Of a stretch of 64,000 nt of DNA, positions 1-13,700 are shown in pieces. The notes under the pieces are model-generated. The model saw only the letters and a program-made list of their open reading frames with translations. It was not told where the DNA came from and did no database searches. This stretch comes from Eledone cirrhosa. Lineage: Eukaryota. Where the stretch lies: positions 65,844,001 through 65,908,000 of the forward strand of contig OZ024747.1 in NCBI GenBank assembly GCA_964016885.1, written 5' to 3'. Position numbers and translations under genes: made by a program. Position 1 is the stretch's first letter. Every line of letters starts with the position of its first letter.

Positions 1-17
1 TAAGAATCAAACATCCA

Positions 18-115
18 TAATTTTCAGCAAACAGGAGGAGTAGTTAGCCTTGATAAGCATCAACAAATGCGAAACATGGCTCTGTCGGCTTTATCTCCCC
101 TGTTTGCTGAAAATT
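18..115 (+). ncRNA. Degenerate type I hammerhead in a long hairpin
   Basis: Outer stem AATTTTCAGCAAACAGG/CCTGTTTGCTGAAAATT, AGCC/GGCT stem I, core TTGATAA (2 changes from CTGATGA), GCAT/ATGC stem II, GAAACA..TGTC. Confidence 0.55.
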
Positions 116-535
116 AAAGTAAGTGAGACTATCACTACTCTAAAACAATAGCATATGGTCTTCGAAATGCTTTTAATTAAGCATACAGTGTATTGCAAAA
201 TACACTATATATACATTCATATATATATAGCTATTTCAGAGCACCAATTCTAATATATATATATAATGTATAATATATAATTTTTTCCATCTTGATGTAA
301 TAGTCACATAATATATAATTTTTTCCATCTTGACGTAATAGTCACTTATATATTATGAATTACTGTTGGCTTCTTGCTCACATTAATTTCTCTATTTTCA
401 TTTATATATTATGTATATATAGTTTAAAGATTGTAACCTCATGTTACTGTAGGTTCACCAAATTGAGCACTCAATGCGTAGTCTCCGGTATGTACTTTGG
501 AGTTGTACTAAACAGAGTGTAATAATAATAATAAT

Positions 536-712
536 TGTTTCTACTTTTGGCACAAGGCCAGCAATTACCCAGTGCATTACTGGTACTTTATTTTATCGAC
601 CCCATAAGGATGAAAGGCAATGTTAACCTCGGCTGGATTTGAACTCAGAATGGCAAGGGCCGTAACTCTATGCGTCAAAGCATGGCGTCCGACCCTTACC
701 GATACTGCCAGT
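536..712 (-). mobile_element. tRNA-derived SINE (copies also at about 1153-1307, 1813-1945, 3164-3331, 46534-46718, 51806-51925, 60353-60441; plus-strand relics at about 10915-11180)
   Basis: Repeated TTTCTACTTT.GGCACAAGGCCAGCAATTACCCAGTGCATTACTGGTACTTTATTTTATCGACCCC with a box-B-like GAGTTCAAATCC on the minus strand. Confidence 0.8.
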
Positions 713-2029
713 AATAATAATAATAATATGGATGAGGTGTCAAATTTTCATTACGTTTATTGAGGTGTGACGTGCAGGTTTCATACACGGAGTTAAAACA
801 TGCTTTCTTTATGTTAACTATATTATTCAGTCATTCATTATTTCAATTTGCAAGGTTTCATCTTAAGAATCTGCTTGTTTTTGTTTGGTTTCTTAGGATT
901 CCCAATGAAAAATATTAGCAAATATGAAAACTAAGAATATTAATCGCAGATTAATAGGTTAGATCATAATGAAAGATAAAGAAACAAGTGTAATAATCAA
1001 TGATGAGACATTAATATAACCAACGTGGATTTTAATAACGAAAAATATAAACTAAAGTATAAACTAACAATAATATAACTATCACTCATCCCATGTCCAT
1101 TATTAACATCCGTTGAGATCCATGTGAATGTACAGATATCCGGGGAAAATAATTGCTTCTACTTTTAGCACAAGGCCAGCAATTACCCCAGTGCATTACT
1201 GGTACTTTATTTTATCGACCCCGTAAGATGATAGGCAAAGTTAACCTCGGCAAGATTTGAACTCAGACCATAAAGGGCCGTAACTCTTTGCTGCAAAGAT
1301 ACTGCCGGAAAATAATAATAGTAACAATGATTCTTTATTAGCCATAAGTAAAATACAGGCGTTCATATAATCAGGACGTAATGATTGTGAAACAAAGTTC
1401 TTCACCATTCGGCCATGCTGCATCCACCTTTGTAGAATACACAAGAAGGGAAATAAGTAGACGGTATATGGAAAAAAGGCGATATGGAAACTTACTGAAA
1501 TAGAGAAAGATGATACAAAAAAAATGATGGCCACCGTGTAGATAACAAAAGGCAAGATTAAAACGAAATATACACAGTTACCGATACAATAGCAGCTGAA
1601 GAATTAACATCAGAGACGAAAGCCTAATATAAACATTAAATAATTTCATCCACCCATTCATGGACTCCGATCTCGTGGTGGTATACGGCATCTAAATTTT
1701 TTAGGTATTGAACCCAGCGAGGTTCATTCCTCTGGATAGGTCTGAACGCAAACAAGTTCTTCCAGAGATGAAGAGAGAGAAAGTGAGAAAGAGAGATAGA
1801 AACACCGACATCAGTACTGTACTAGTATTATATTCATCGACCCCGAAGGATAAAATGAGGGATTTGACCTCAGAGTGCAGGGAGCTGGGATGAATATCGT
1901 TGAGCATTCTGTCAACCATTCTAGTAGTTCTGCTAAATCGCAGCCTTATTAACTAATTTATCATTATTCGCTGTTTCCGTTTGCAGCAGATTGCGCACGA
2001 ACCTGACTTAGCTCTTTCCAAGGTTTCCT

Positions 2030-3010
2030 ATTTTATTTGACTTCGTTTAGATTATATAGATTTACATCAGACCATCTATAGACACTTGGTGACCTACCCC
2101 TGTTTCTTTTACCCTGAACCATACCATTCATACATGTTTTAGAAATACTTTTTTGTGAACGTTTTACGTGACCAAAATACTTCAGGACTTTGCTTTTGAT
2201 GATGTACATTATAAGAACTAGTTTAGCAGCTTCTAGAAAATCCACAATTTTTATATGATCGAGTAGTTTGTGGTTTGTCATGAATCTAATGATATGGTTT
2301 TGAAATGGATGAGGTCCAGTTCACACACGTAAGATCATAAAGGACTACAGTTGTAGATTCTACATTTAAGGTAAAGCGAGATCTGTTTTGAGGTTTAAAC
2401 TTCCATAATTTTCTTAAAAGCTGTCCAGCCAGAGCCTATTCTGTGAAGGATTGCAACAGAACTATCATTCGTTCTTAACAGTTTTCGTCCTAGACAGCCA
2501 AATTCTGAAACTTGTATGGGTTCATCAAGATATTGAGGATGATTATTATCTGTTGACATACATTTAGTTTTGGAGACGTTTGCAAATAGCCCAACTTTTG
2601 CTTGTATGTCTAACTAGAGTATCAATGTGCTTTTGCAGATGCAGATGCAGACTATAGTTGTTTACATCAATGGGTGTAGCTAAAATTTGACAGTAGTTGG
2701 TGACCGATAACGTTCTGCTTCTGCTTTCAAGATTATGGATGCTATGACAATGTAGAAGAATAAAGCCAAAATATATCGCTACTCTGTTTTTATTGCTGCT
2801 GTAGATTTATCATGTTTCCTTTAGGAGATTTATGTATGTTTTATTAATGCACGTTTTATCATGTAGATTCGAAAGACTAGGAAGTTTCATACTATCAAAT
2901 ACTTTGGTGAAATCGATGAAGGCTATATACACTGGGTTGTTAAATTCAAATAAATTTTCAATAATTTGCTCTAAGGCAATTGTTTGTTCAACAGTACCTC
3001 TATCAGATTG
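2030..3010 (-). mobile_element. Degenerate RTE-clade LINE (RT to 3' end)
   Basis: LKYFGHVKR..VQGKRNRGRS at 2033-2281, and a FIDFTKVFDS-like RT motif near 2900-2925. Confidence 0.7.
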
Positions 3011-3331
3011 ATATGCTACTTAAGATGCAGGAAAAGATACAAAGAGATCATTCATAAAACCTGAAGCAATCTAAACTATAATAAAGTAAGGAGTGCGGGA
3101 CTTCGTCCAGAATATATTTTTTTTCCTGTTTGTAAAATAAGTTGGATTACTTTGAATAAATAATTGTTTCTACTTTAGGCACAAGGCCAGCAATTACCCA
3201 GTGCATTACTGGTACTTTATTTTATCGACCCCGTAAGGATGAAAGGCAAAGTCAACCTCGGAGGGATTTGAACTCAGATCGTAAAGGGACGTAACTATGT
3301 GGAAAGCATGGCGTCCGACCCTCCACCGAAA

Positions 3332-4226
3332 CTGAGGATGTCTGTCTGTGTGTGTGTTTGAGTTTGAATCCCTAAAACTCGTGAACCACCCAACCGATTG
3401 TTTTCAAACTTTACACATGTAATACTTATGTTACAGGAAGTGCTCTGAACAAAACTATTTCAAAGTTTCAATACTCTAGGGACCACATTAGGCGATTTAG
3501 CGATCTCTCTCTATAATTCTTAGTCTTTCTCTTTTTAGATAGATACATACATATAACGTCGCGCCCTTATACTATCTGTCTGTATGTCTGCCTGTCACTT
3601 CCCTGAGGATGTGTGTGTGTGTGTGTCTGTGAGTTTGAATCCCTAAAACTCGAGAAGTACCCAACCGACCTTTTTCAAACTTTACATGTGAATTGCTTAT
3701 ATTTCAGGGAGTGTTATGCACATAAAAAATTCAACTTTTAGGTGAAAAATTCAACATTAGGTGAAAAAGTGCGTTTTTTTCAGGTTTTACGTTTTTTTTT
3801 AGTCGTTACGTCAGACTGATTTCCTTGAAATTGTAACTATGTATTAGTCAGTCTCTTCTTCATACCGTGAGCAAAGAAAATGCAACTTTTTTATGGCCTA
3901 GGGCCCGCATTAGGTGAAAAACTTTATTTTTTCAGCTTTTTAGGGCTTTTTTGAGGCGTTACGTCTAGCCGATTTTCCCTAAATTTCAAGGCATATTATG
4001 CACATAAAAAAAATTCATTTTCTTGATCCCCTAGGGCCCGCATTAAGTGAAAACCTGCATTTTTCATGCTTCATCGAGGAAAATCTTAAAGATTATCCAG
4101 CCATCAGAGTATTCGGTTTATGTTCTTTACATATTGTCTACGCATGCAGTTTTTCCAGGATTAGGTCTGTTGGCGGCCCGCGTTCCAAAATACCTTATCC
4201 CGTGAAACGCCGGGTACCACTGCTAG
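3332..4226 (+). mobile_element. Non-autonomous Helitron-like element with internal duplication
   Basis: Ends with the hairpin CCCGTGAAACGCCGGG and CTAG|T at 4223-4226. The module at 3332 is repeated at 3603. Confidence 0.65.
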
Positions 4227-4389
4227 TATATTATAAAATAAGATCAATTATACACACACACACACGCACACACACACACACATATATATATATATTTTGA
4301 GTTTATGTTGGTTCTATACCAACACCTCAGTATGCAGGCTGGAGCACTCGACGAAGTGCGCAGGTTGGTTTGGTTACTCCGGAGTAGTG

Positions 4390-4657
4390 TAAAATAAAGT
4401 TAAATAAAAGTCAAATGATTAAAATTTAGCTTCGTTTATTACTGCTATATATATTTCAGTGACAGCCATCTTTGGCTGTGACCTCTTCAGGCAGTTTGAA
4501 TTAGTATGGTATAGACACCTAAACAACATATGTACTTGTCTATACCATACTAATTCAAACTGCCTGAAGAGGTCACAGCCAAAGATGGCTGTCACTGAAA
4601 TATATATAGCAGTAATAAACGAAGCTAAATTTTAATCATTTGACTTTTATTTAACTT

Positions 4658-4664
<7 letters not shown>
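4390..4664. repeat. Perfect inverted repeat, 128-bp arms, 19-nt spacer
   Basis: 4390-4517 is the reverse complement of 4537-4664. Confidence 0.92.
4560..4612 (+). ncRNA. Minimal type I hammerhead (mirror copy on the minus strand at about 4442-4494)
   Basis: CTGC/GCAG stem I, CTGAAGA at 4564, ACAGCC/GGCTGT stem II, GAAA at 4597, palindromic ATATATAT stem III. Confidence 0.78.
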
Positions 4665-4714
<50 letters not shown>

Positions 4715-5097
4715 GACACACACACACACACACATACATATATATATACACACACACAGACACATACACAGACACACACGCACAACACACACATATATAT
4801 ATATATTCAATAATACAGAGGAAGGGAACGATAGATACAGTAATTGGATGTAAAGATTGACTTAGCATTGTCTACAGGCTAAGATGGCCTATTATGATGA
4901 CAACACGCAACAAGTGAAAACAATTGGAGGAATTATGACAAGAAAAATAAAACTAAAAATGCAACAATGATGACACCAAAATTAGAAGAATTTATTGAAA
5001 AACATAACATTAAACTTTGAAAATGAAAGAATATAAGAAAACATACAGACCAAAGAATAGAAGCTGAGAGATTATTATAAGGAAAATTACAAAACTT

Positions 5098-5455
5098 GGC
5101 TTTAACTAAATTGTTGACCTGGTCTCTGTAAGCCTTACGTGCCGGAAACGACATGTTCAGCTTCCAGTAACCAGGTCCTAACCTAAGCGTCTTATCTACA
5201 TACAGATCACAAACTTGTGATCTGAATAGCCGACCATTTTAAAACGTGGACAGCCTACACTATTTCTATCTATTTTCCTAATGAAAATCCTGTCTATATA
5301 CGATCTAGATGACCCTATGCGGTTGGTCCAGGTCCACACTGGCGCATTAGACAAATCTAGTGGGAACCTGTCAGACATTTGGAACTGGTTGATCAGGTAT
5401 TTGAGGTTTTTGCACATCCCCGGTCCTATCGGCTACTCCCACACAATCCCAGACG
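5098..5455 (-). mobile_element. Tx1 endonuclease fragment of family A
   Basis: WTWTNRIGSSRSYIDRIFIRKIDRNSVGCP..YSDHK is nearly identical to copy A at about 26500-26860. Confidence 0.9.
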
Positions 5456-5959
5456 GTTAAAGAACATTAGACCAGCCCCCTTTTTTGGAACACTTCAAAA
5501 GGCATGCTTGCTGGGAAGAGCAAGAACCCTTCGATACGTCCTGAATATCTGAGGCTGCAGGTAGCGGCTTCATATTCATTTGAACAAACTTTCCAGTTAA
5601 ATAACATCAATGACTGAGACTCAAATAATAATAATAATTTCTATTACAGACTCTGGCTTATGCTCATATCATTTCTCAGAATGGTACCTTGGATCACTTT
5701 TCCTATCATGCTTCTGTCCTTTATAATGAGTCCGGGCTAGGTGTTTACATTCGGATACGATGTGAACCACAGTTTATTCTCTCTCTTTCTTCTCTCCACA
5801 GATCCTACAGAGTCGGCTAGCCTCCTCCTTGTTCTAACAGACATGTAAACAGAGCACCTGAAAGAACAAATACACAACGAAAACATAAATAACGAACATA
5901 AACATATTGACAATTTAAAGCATGAAGATAAAACCAACATACCCCAAACGGATAAAGAA

Positions 5960-7433
5960 CACAGTTAAACGCGACAAATCTCAATCCTAAAAGATATACA
6001 GAGTAATGACCAACAAAAACCGATTCGGGACAACACAGCCAAAACTACAAATAAAAAGAAATATAAGGAGGAAAGATGTAGAAAAAATGAAATCCTAAAG
6101 ACGAAATTCGGGACCATAATAGAATAAAGCTGGAAACAATCCAAACAAAAGATCTCACTATGAACCAAAGAATACACCTCTTAAAGATGAAATAAATAGC
6201 ATCAAATATAAAAAAAACGTTAACATAGCCATCATAGATTTAGTAAACACGAATAGAAACCTTAGCACCACAAGGCTAAATAACATACTATATATGCAGC
6301 AGCCACTGTTGTTATGAAAGAAAGTGGGTACTCCCTTAGATGTACACAAACAAGAATAGCAAAATCCACACAAACATGGAAATCAAAGATACGAAAAAAG
6401 ATATAAAATAAAATAAAAGACTTCTCAATCTTAAATTAAAAAGGAAAGAAAGCAACAAAACTAGGAATAGGATGAAGATAAAAATACTAAAGAAATATAA
6501 TACAACAGAAAAGGAAATCCCGAAGACTAAGGAATGCCTAACATAACAAATACTTAAAAAGGCACACAGAATCCGGAGAAATTCATCAAAAGGTTTTTGA
6601 ACGAAACCAGCTATTTCACTCTAACTTAAATCAATCGTACCAGGGACATAACAGGAGCAAAATAGATGTAAATGTAGCACCAAAAGTAAAAGAAGTGGAA
6701 GAATTTTGGAGAAGATTATTGGCAGAAGGAGAAGCGAAATTACAATGTACAAAACTAGCAAGAACAATGAACACAGCATCTGATATTACAACAGATGATG
6801 GATTTAGCAAAAAAACAACAACTGGAATGCACCCGAACACGACAAAATCCTAAACCTTTCGTTGAAATATTTAACAAAATTTTTAACAAAAACGTTTAAT
6901 AAAATGCTGACAGAACAAGAAAAAACACCTGACTGGCTCACCAAGGGGAAAACCTTGATCCCCAAGAATAATGACACAGCAAACCCCCCCAGACTACAGG
7001 CCCATAACGTGGCTTCCTACTACATATAAAACTTTAACTGCAATAGTATCTCAGAAACTGAAAAAAATCCTGGAAAAAACAACCTGCTCCCAGAATAACT
7101 GAAAGGAAGCTGCTAAGACTCATATGACTGTAATCAATAAAACCATAACCGAAAACTGCAGAAACAATAACGAAAGCTCAAAATGGCATAGATTGACCAC
7201 CAGAAGGCGTTTGACCCAGTAGATGGATTAGATTACCATTTAAAATAGAACTAAATGCAAGGATTAAGGTAATTGGCAGCAATCTCTAACTATCCCAGGA
7301 ATATGCAACACGTTTAATATTTGTAACTGGACACTAAAAGAACTAGAAGGAATAGACAGAAAAACAAGAAAAATATTGACCTTTTTAGAATATACCATCC
7401 AAAATAAGATGTAGAAAGAATATACCTACCAAA
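5960..7433 (+). mobile_element. Degenerate R4/Dong-like LINE
   Basis: PDWLTKGKT.IPK, DYRPITWLPTTYKTLTAI, IDHQKAFD, IDRKTRKILT..HPK.DVERIYLPK. Heavily deleted and frameshifted. Confidence 0.65.
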
Positions 7434-7915
7434 AACATTTGACAGTGACAGGGAGGGAGGTGCGTTTCATTAGAACATTTGACAGTGACAGGGAGGGAGG
7501 TGTTTCATGAGAACATTTGACAGTGACAGGGAGAGAGGTATGTTTCATTAGAACATTTGACAGTGATAGGGAGGGAGGTGTGTTTCATGAGAACATTTGA
7601 CAGTGACAGGGAGGGAGGTATGTTTCATTAGAACATTGACAGTGATGGGGAGGGAGGTATGTTTCATTAGAAAATTTGACAGTGACAGGGAGGGAGGTAT
7701 GTTTCATTAGAACATTTGACAGTGATAGGGAGGGAGGTGTGTTTCATTAGAACATTTGACAGCGACAGGGAGGGAGGTGTGTTTCATGAGAATATTTGAC
7801 AGCGATGGGGAGGGAGGTGTGTTTCATGAGAACATTTGACAGTGACAGGGAGGGAGGTATGTTTCATGAGAATATTTGACAGTGATGGGGAGGGAGGTAT
7901 GTTTCATTAGAACAC
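7434..7915. repeat. 40-bp minisatellite, about 12 copies
   Basis: Unit AACATTTGACAGTGACAGGGAGGGAGGTATGTTTCATTAG with minor variants and no spacers. Confidence 0.95.
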
Positions 7916-8245
7916 TTTGCACTGATGACTTTCGAATTTCATTTCATGTAAACTTTCCTTTCCTATAACGAATCTTTTGTAAAAGAATCGTCTGTACCAT
8001 CACTGGAAGAATTTAAAGAAAACAACAATGATTGGCAGCAGATGACAGCCACTGTTTTGGGTATTTTATTTTTGCAACATTTTCCATATACAAGACATAT
8101 ACATGAACATTCACAGATTAAATCACATTTCTCAAGACAAGAACTTCCAAGTTTGTTAATCAATGTACAGGTTGAAGTGGTCCAGTTAATAGATTGTCGT
8201 CTGTTTCCGCCTGTTTTTCATCTGCTTTACGTTTTTTACTATATA

Positions 8246-9007
8246 CTAGCAGAATGGCCCGGATTGCTCGGGATTTGCTCTAGGGTTCTTATATATTTAA
8301 TATATATTTATCCTTATAAATAAATATAACAGTACAGAGAAGTACGGAATACCTCGGCCTCGGGATGGTGTCTACAGTTTGTGCTTATAACAAAAATTCG
8401 TTGTACATTACAAGGGTTTTTTTTTCGTGCGAAGAAAATCAATACTTTATCGCGAAATAAATACTTTTGTTTATATTTTGTTATTGTGTATGCACAAATA
8501 TCTGTACACGAATATATATATATATATATATTAAAATAACAGATTAAAGTTTAAGCAAAGAATCGCTGCTTTCTTCTGAAACTAAAATAAAAAAAATCAA
8601 TGTGAACGCAGATGTAAATATTTCGAAAAACGTTGCAACCGAAAGAAAACAGGAAGACGTTACTTTTGTTCATGAAGATGTTCCCTGGCATAAGAATATA
8701 TATATGTACACACACACACTGATCATGTCATAATGACGTAATGCAGACAGTCAGGCATACAGACAGATATTATAAGGGCGCGACGTTATATCTATGTATC
8801 TATCTAAAAAGAGAAAGACTAAGAATTATAGACACATATCGCTAAATCGCCTAATGCAGTGCCTAGGGCATTGAAAATTTGAAATTTCTTTTGCTCAAAA
8901 CACGCACGGGACCATAAGTATTACATGTGTAAAGTTTGAAAAAACTCGGTTGGGTTATTCTCGAGTTTTAGTGATTGGACAGACATTCACTGATTTGGTA
9001 ATATAGA
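8246..9007 (-). mobile_element. Non-autonomous Helitron-like element
   Basis: Minus strand reads A|TCTATAT...CCCGAGCAATCCGGG hairpin..CTAG|T. 8745-8985 is an inverted homologue of about 3340-3595. Confidence 0.7.
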
Positions 9008-9019
9008 TGACCTTTTCCG

Positions 9020-9340
9020 CGTGTAATATCTTCTTGTGACGTTAAACTCCGCCAGTTGCAGACTGCGCATTAACATGTGATATCACTCTGCACAAAGTTC
9101 GATCACTAGCAGCAGAGTTCAAAGAGCGAAGATCAAGTCCAGTCCATAAGTTGACATCGTCAAACCATCGCTTTGGCTGCCGGCCTCTGCATCTCTTACC
9201 AGCCAACCTTCCTTCCAGGCATAACCTACTCACACTACAAGTTGATCTTTTTATATGGCCGTATAGTTTGAGTACTCTTGACTTGACAATTGATGTAATT
9301 GGTCTAAGTTTGGTAATGTTGAGCAGCTCACTACGATCTT
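9020..9340 (-). mobile_element. RTE LINE 3' fragment
   Basis: LKLYGHIKR..LEGRLAGKRCRGRQPKRWFDDV..ASDR. Confidence 0.75.
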
Positions 9341-9663
9341 AAATTGTGTTTGCGAACGTAACATGGCCGACAGTTTAAGAAGATCGCTTCGTAGTCACTA
9401 AGTCCGGAGTTTGATCTAACAGCATGGTATCTTGGACAATTGTCATTTACCCAAGTCGAGGGTTGACCCGTAAAATTTGTCCTTCATGGTTATTCCAGCA
9501 CTTTGAGTTCTAATTTAAAATCTAGCCCAGATCATTCTTGCCTTACAATTTTTCAGAAACGATAAATTCAAGAAGCAATCCTGTACAGTGGACTCAGGGA
9601 ATTGTCAGAGCATTGGACAAAATGCCATGTGGTGTTGGTTCCAGCTTTTGTTTTGGAGTCTAC

Positions 9664-10395
9664 AGGGTATGTATTACTAATTACTAATATTAGTAATACA
9701 TACCCTTTTCAAAGACCTCCCTGTATAGATAAGAAATGCATAATCTGTAAACTAAGCCCCCATATTGACTGTAAAACTAGAAACATAGTATATAGCATAA
9801 GATGTACTGAAGGACAATGTAAAGATAAGAATATAGTGTACATAGGTGAGGCAGCTCATAGTATAGGAGAACGGTTAAATGAACACTGGCGAGAGCTTGA
9901 AGATAGAAAAGAATCATCAGTACTCCACCAACATGCTAAAATAGAACATAAGGGCAAATTAGAGAACATAGAAATAAAAATAAAATCTACACACAGAAAA
10001 GACGCAATGTTTAGACAAATTACAGAGGCAATAAACATAAATGAACTCCAACCAAAATTAAATAGAAAACATGGAATGGAATAGCAACATTACAACTTAC
10101 AATTAAGGACAAAATGAAAACACACACACATAGAACAAACAACCAACCAGTAACATGTAAATAAACAAATAAATAAACAAATAAAAACACACACAGACAC
10201 CCGGATGTAACACATGCGCAAACTAAGCACACAACACACACAAAAACAAGATGGCGTAGGACAGAACAAAGGAGAGGTACAAAACAAAGAAAAGAATCCC
10301 CAGTCACTGAAGAGGTCACAGAATGTGTGACGAAAGAACTTTGACAATATATGAACAACCGTCCGGTTGTGGAACCAACCAACCGGAAATTTATA
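9664..10395 (+). mobile_element. 5'-truncated Penelope-like element (GIY-YIG endonuclease, Naiad-like) with hammerhead-bearing 3' end
   Basis: CIDKKCIIC..C..NIVY..VYIGE..ERLNEH..RQITEA..LNRK. Hammerhead at 10303-10345. An 18-bp fold-back marks the 5' junction (9664-9681/9689-9706). Confidence 0.85.
10303..10345 (+). ncRNA. Minimal type I hammerhead
   Basis: GTCA/TGAC stem I, CTGAAGA at 10307, GTCACA/TGTGAC stem II, GAAA at 10332. Confidence 0.75.
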
Positions 10396-11836
10396 ATTTT
10401 TTTAATTTTTAATTAAAAAAAAAATTTAAATTAAAATAAATTAAAAAAAAAAAAAAAAAAAAAATGTTAAATTAAAAAAAAAAATTTTTGAAATTTTTTT
10501 AAAATTTATAATAAATTGGAGTGAAAGCAACTGGTGCGTGTGTTTCTTATTGGCAACATGACCCTCCCAAAGTATAACAATATATATATATATATATATA
10601 CACATACATAAGTTCATTCGTCCATTCATACACGCACACATGCATACAAACATACATGCATACATACATACATTTCATATATGTGTTTGTGTAGTTTCCT
10701 TTATGTAGATAAGCAGAAAGTCAATGAACCACTGCCAGATTAATACTTCATTTCCTCCTTATCTGCAGGGTATTAACAATTCATTTGTTAACGCTTCAAT
10801 TGACTAAGTAGTTTGATCAACTTGGAAAAATAATTATTGATTTCTTTGACTGTGAGAAGGCCAATTTTCCAGTGTTAGCGTTGTCAGGAAATTGAATTAA
10901 TGCCAGAAGTTCACAGGCAAGATGGCGAATTGGTGGAATCATTAGAACGGCGGACATATTTACGGTATACGTTCCAGCTTTCTACGCTTCGAATTCAAAT
11001 TCCACTGAGACCAACTTTGCCTTTCTTCCTTTCAAGGTTAATAAATAAAGCCCCTGCTAGGACTGGAGACGATTTTTACTTTGTCTCTCGTGTTCAATTT
11101 ATTTCGTTCACGCTCGTCTCAATTCAAATCTCGCTGAGATAAACTTTGCCTTTCACCCATTTGGGTTAGATAAATAAGTACGGCCCCAGGGACAATGGTT
11201 GTCGAAATTGTAAAGGATTCGTATTAGCTTTGTGTGCTCTGATTTCAAATCCCGCCTGCTTCAGCCAGAGGCTGCACCTGACAGATTATGTTGATCTTTT
11301 CTTCTTTTCGGGTTATAGCTACTGTTGCTCAGAGAGTGGTATTGGCTCAGTGCACAGTCTTTCCTCACTTTAAAAAAAATCTTCACGCACAGGCATTGCA
11401 CGATAGAATTAATTGATAATTATTAATAATGTTATATCGTGCAATGGCCATACTCGATAACGAGGGGGAAGCCAACATCATGTATGTATGTATGTATGTA
11501 TGTATGTATGTATGTATGTATGTATGTATGTATGTATGTATGTATGTATGTATGTATGGTTAAGAGAGTGGGACTGGCTTTGTGCAGTGCCTTTGCTCAC
11601 TATAAAAGCTTCACGGCACAGGCATTGCTTTATATCCGGAGATCTCTCTGCACTTGTCGTCACATGGTACCATGGGCCCAGCACTATGTGTCAATAATTG
11701 TCAAGAGTATAGTGTTTGTACCAGAGTTTTCAAGTCGCTGGCTGGACTAAAAAGTCACACTTGTTCAGCGCATCGGTAGGGGTTCTCCTACATGGATATA
11801 AAGTAGTGGCAGTACTCGAAAACGAGTTGGCAGCCA

Positions 11837-11865
<29 letters not shown>

Positions 11866-11867
<2 letters not shown>

Positions 11868-13572
11868 CGATATTAAACAAATGGAAACTATATTTATAAA
11901 ACCATATTTATTTCGTTATATATATTTCTGGGATATCATATTAAAAATATGGTATGCCTTCCTCAGACAAAATACAATACATAAGCTGTTTTATAAATAA
12001 TTAGTGACATACCTTGTAATAATGCAACTTCCTTTTAAAAAGTTTATTTGGTAGTGAAACTGTTATGATAGTTATATAGAAAGAAAACGAAGATGAGAAG
12101 AAGAAGATGAAGAGATGTATGCAAATAAAAAAAAAATAAAAAAAAATAAAAAAGAAGAAGATGAAGAGATGTATGCAAAGAAAAACAACGGAGCGAGATA
12201 GAGAGACAAGAAGAGAGAGAAATACATTGATGGTGAAAAACCTAGTAGGCTGCTTTTTGACAGATGATCATCGTATATGTGAGAGGTTAAGGGAAGGGAT
12301 ACAGTTAAATTAGTGTATAGGAGAAAAAGAAAGAAAGATGATATATTTAAAATATATTAAAAATATATTATGTCTCATCCATTTGAATTATCAATGTTTA
12401 TGAATTAGGTATTATAATGTAAATATCAGTATTCATGAATGAGACACATATCCATAATGTGTGAAAAAAATGACCACATGCTCAGTTAAAAATTCTTAGG
12501 TCTATAAGCAAAATCTGAGATAGAACTTCAAACATAAGTATATATGCATTCTCGTGAAAAAGAGAAAAGAGAAGGTTATCTCAAATTCAAGTTGATAAAT
12601 ATAGACGCACATGTGAATCTACGTGATACGCTGCACTGATTCTTATATTTCATGAAAAACTTCAATGCGTTAGAAAAGATTCCACCCTACATACATTTAC
12701 ATACATATATACATATATATAGACACAAAACATATAAGATATACATTAACATCTAAAATAACATTCCAGCCTCACTTGCATGATCATCGATCAAGCATAG
12801 AGTAGACAACAGATATCAATATTAAAATTAAAAATTAAAAACGCCAAGAATATCTTCGTCACTCCACAGAGTATCTAGGGACGCAAGAGAACATAGTATG
12901 CCACGCATATCGGTCATAGAATCAGAGTCAAAAGCAAACAAAACCAAAATTGTTCACCAAGCCTTATTTAGCAGAAATCATTCAAAACTTATTCTACAAA
13001 TGCTCTTATATTTATTATAGAAGTTTATCCAGCTTAAAAATTTATTCAAAAGATTGGGGACAACGCCAATTATAGGGTAGTTTATTTAATCTCATTAATT
13101 ATATATTCATGCAGAAAGGTTTAAAAAAAAATTGAAGGAATCGAAAGATTTATCGCCAAGTATCATAAATAGTCAAATACCTTAAGTAAACATACTACAT
13201 TTTATATTACATTTTAAATTTATATTTATATTTAAATGTTGAGTTCAATCTATGTCTGCAACAGCTGAATAAATTGGTTCGTAAATTAAGGGAATTTTTA
13301 GATTTTAATATAAAGAATATCTCCTCCGCGCAGAGGTCACAAGTCTCAGAAGAGGAATTAAAAGGAATCCCTTTTGAGACTATATTCCAAACCAACGAAT
13401 ATCCAACTTTATCATGCTTAAGTTGCCAGAGTAACCCTGACAGCGATGTTGAGGATTTTTTATTTGGATCCGTGAATATCGTAAACCTACTCCAGAAACT
13501 GTTGAGTGCTTTTATATCAGTTATAAAATATTTACTCGTTGAAACCCAACAATCTTAAATAAAACTTTTGCA
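11866..13572 (-). mobile_element. 5'-truncated Penelope-like element with inverted tail, in (TA)n
   Basis: GIY-YIG C-terminus (LSGLLWQLK..W.IVSKG..CDLCAEE..LNLRTNLFSCCRH) at 13207-13470. Hammerhead at about 11915-11975. Tail inverted at about 13475-13572. Confidence 0.85.
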
Positions 13573-13653
13573 TATATATATATATAGATGGGATTCTACA
13601 GGACTAGAACTGTTTCATTCTTTAGAAACCATCAGGAATCTCTGAATCATCTC

Positions 13654-13700
13654 ATTCCTGATGATTTCTAAAGAATGAAACAGTTCTAGTCCTGTAGAAT
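13654..13700 (+). ncRNA. Type I hammerhead inside a 57-bp inverted repeat
   Basis: ATTC/GAAT stem I, CTGATGA at 13658, short TTC/GAA stem II, GAAA at 13677, ACAG/CTGT stem III, GUA triplet. Confidence 0.7.

Noticed and set aside
1596-1630. CTGAAGA...GAAA hammerhead-like words (also CTGATGA at 7922 and CTGAGGA at 3332)
   Set aside because: No supporting stems I-III.
7434-7915. CRISPR-like 40-bp periodicity
   Set aside because: Units are contiguous with no unique spacers and there are no cas genes. It is an ordinary minisatellite.
7963-8323. Cys-rich and His-rich ORFs resembling zinc fingers
   Set aside because: Spacing does not fit C2H2, there is no clear splice context, and the plus ORF runs into a Helitron end.
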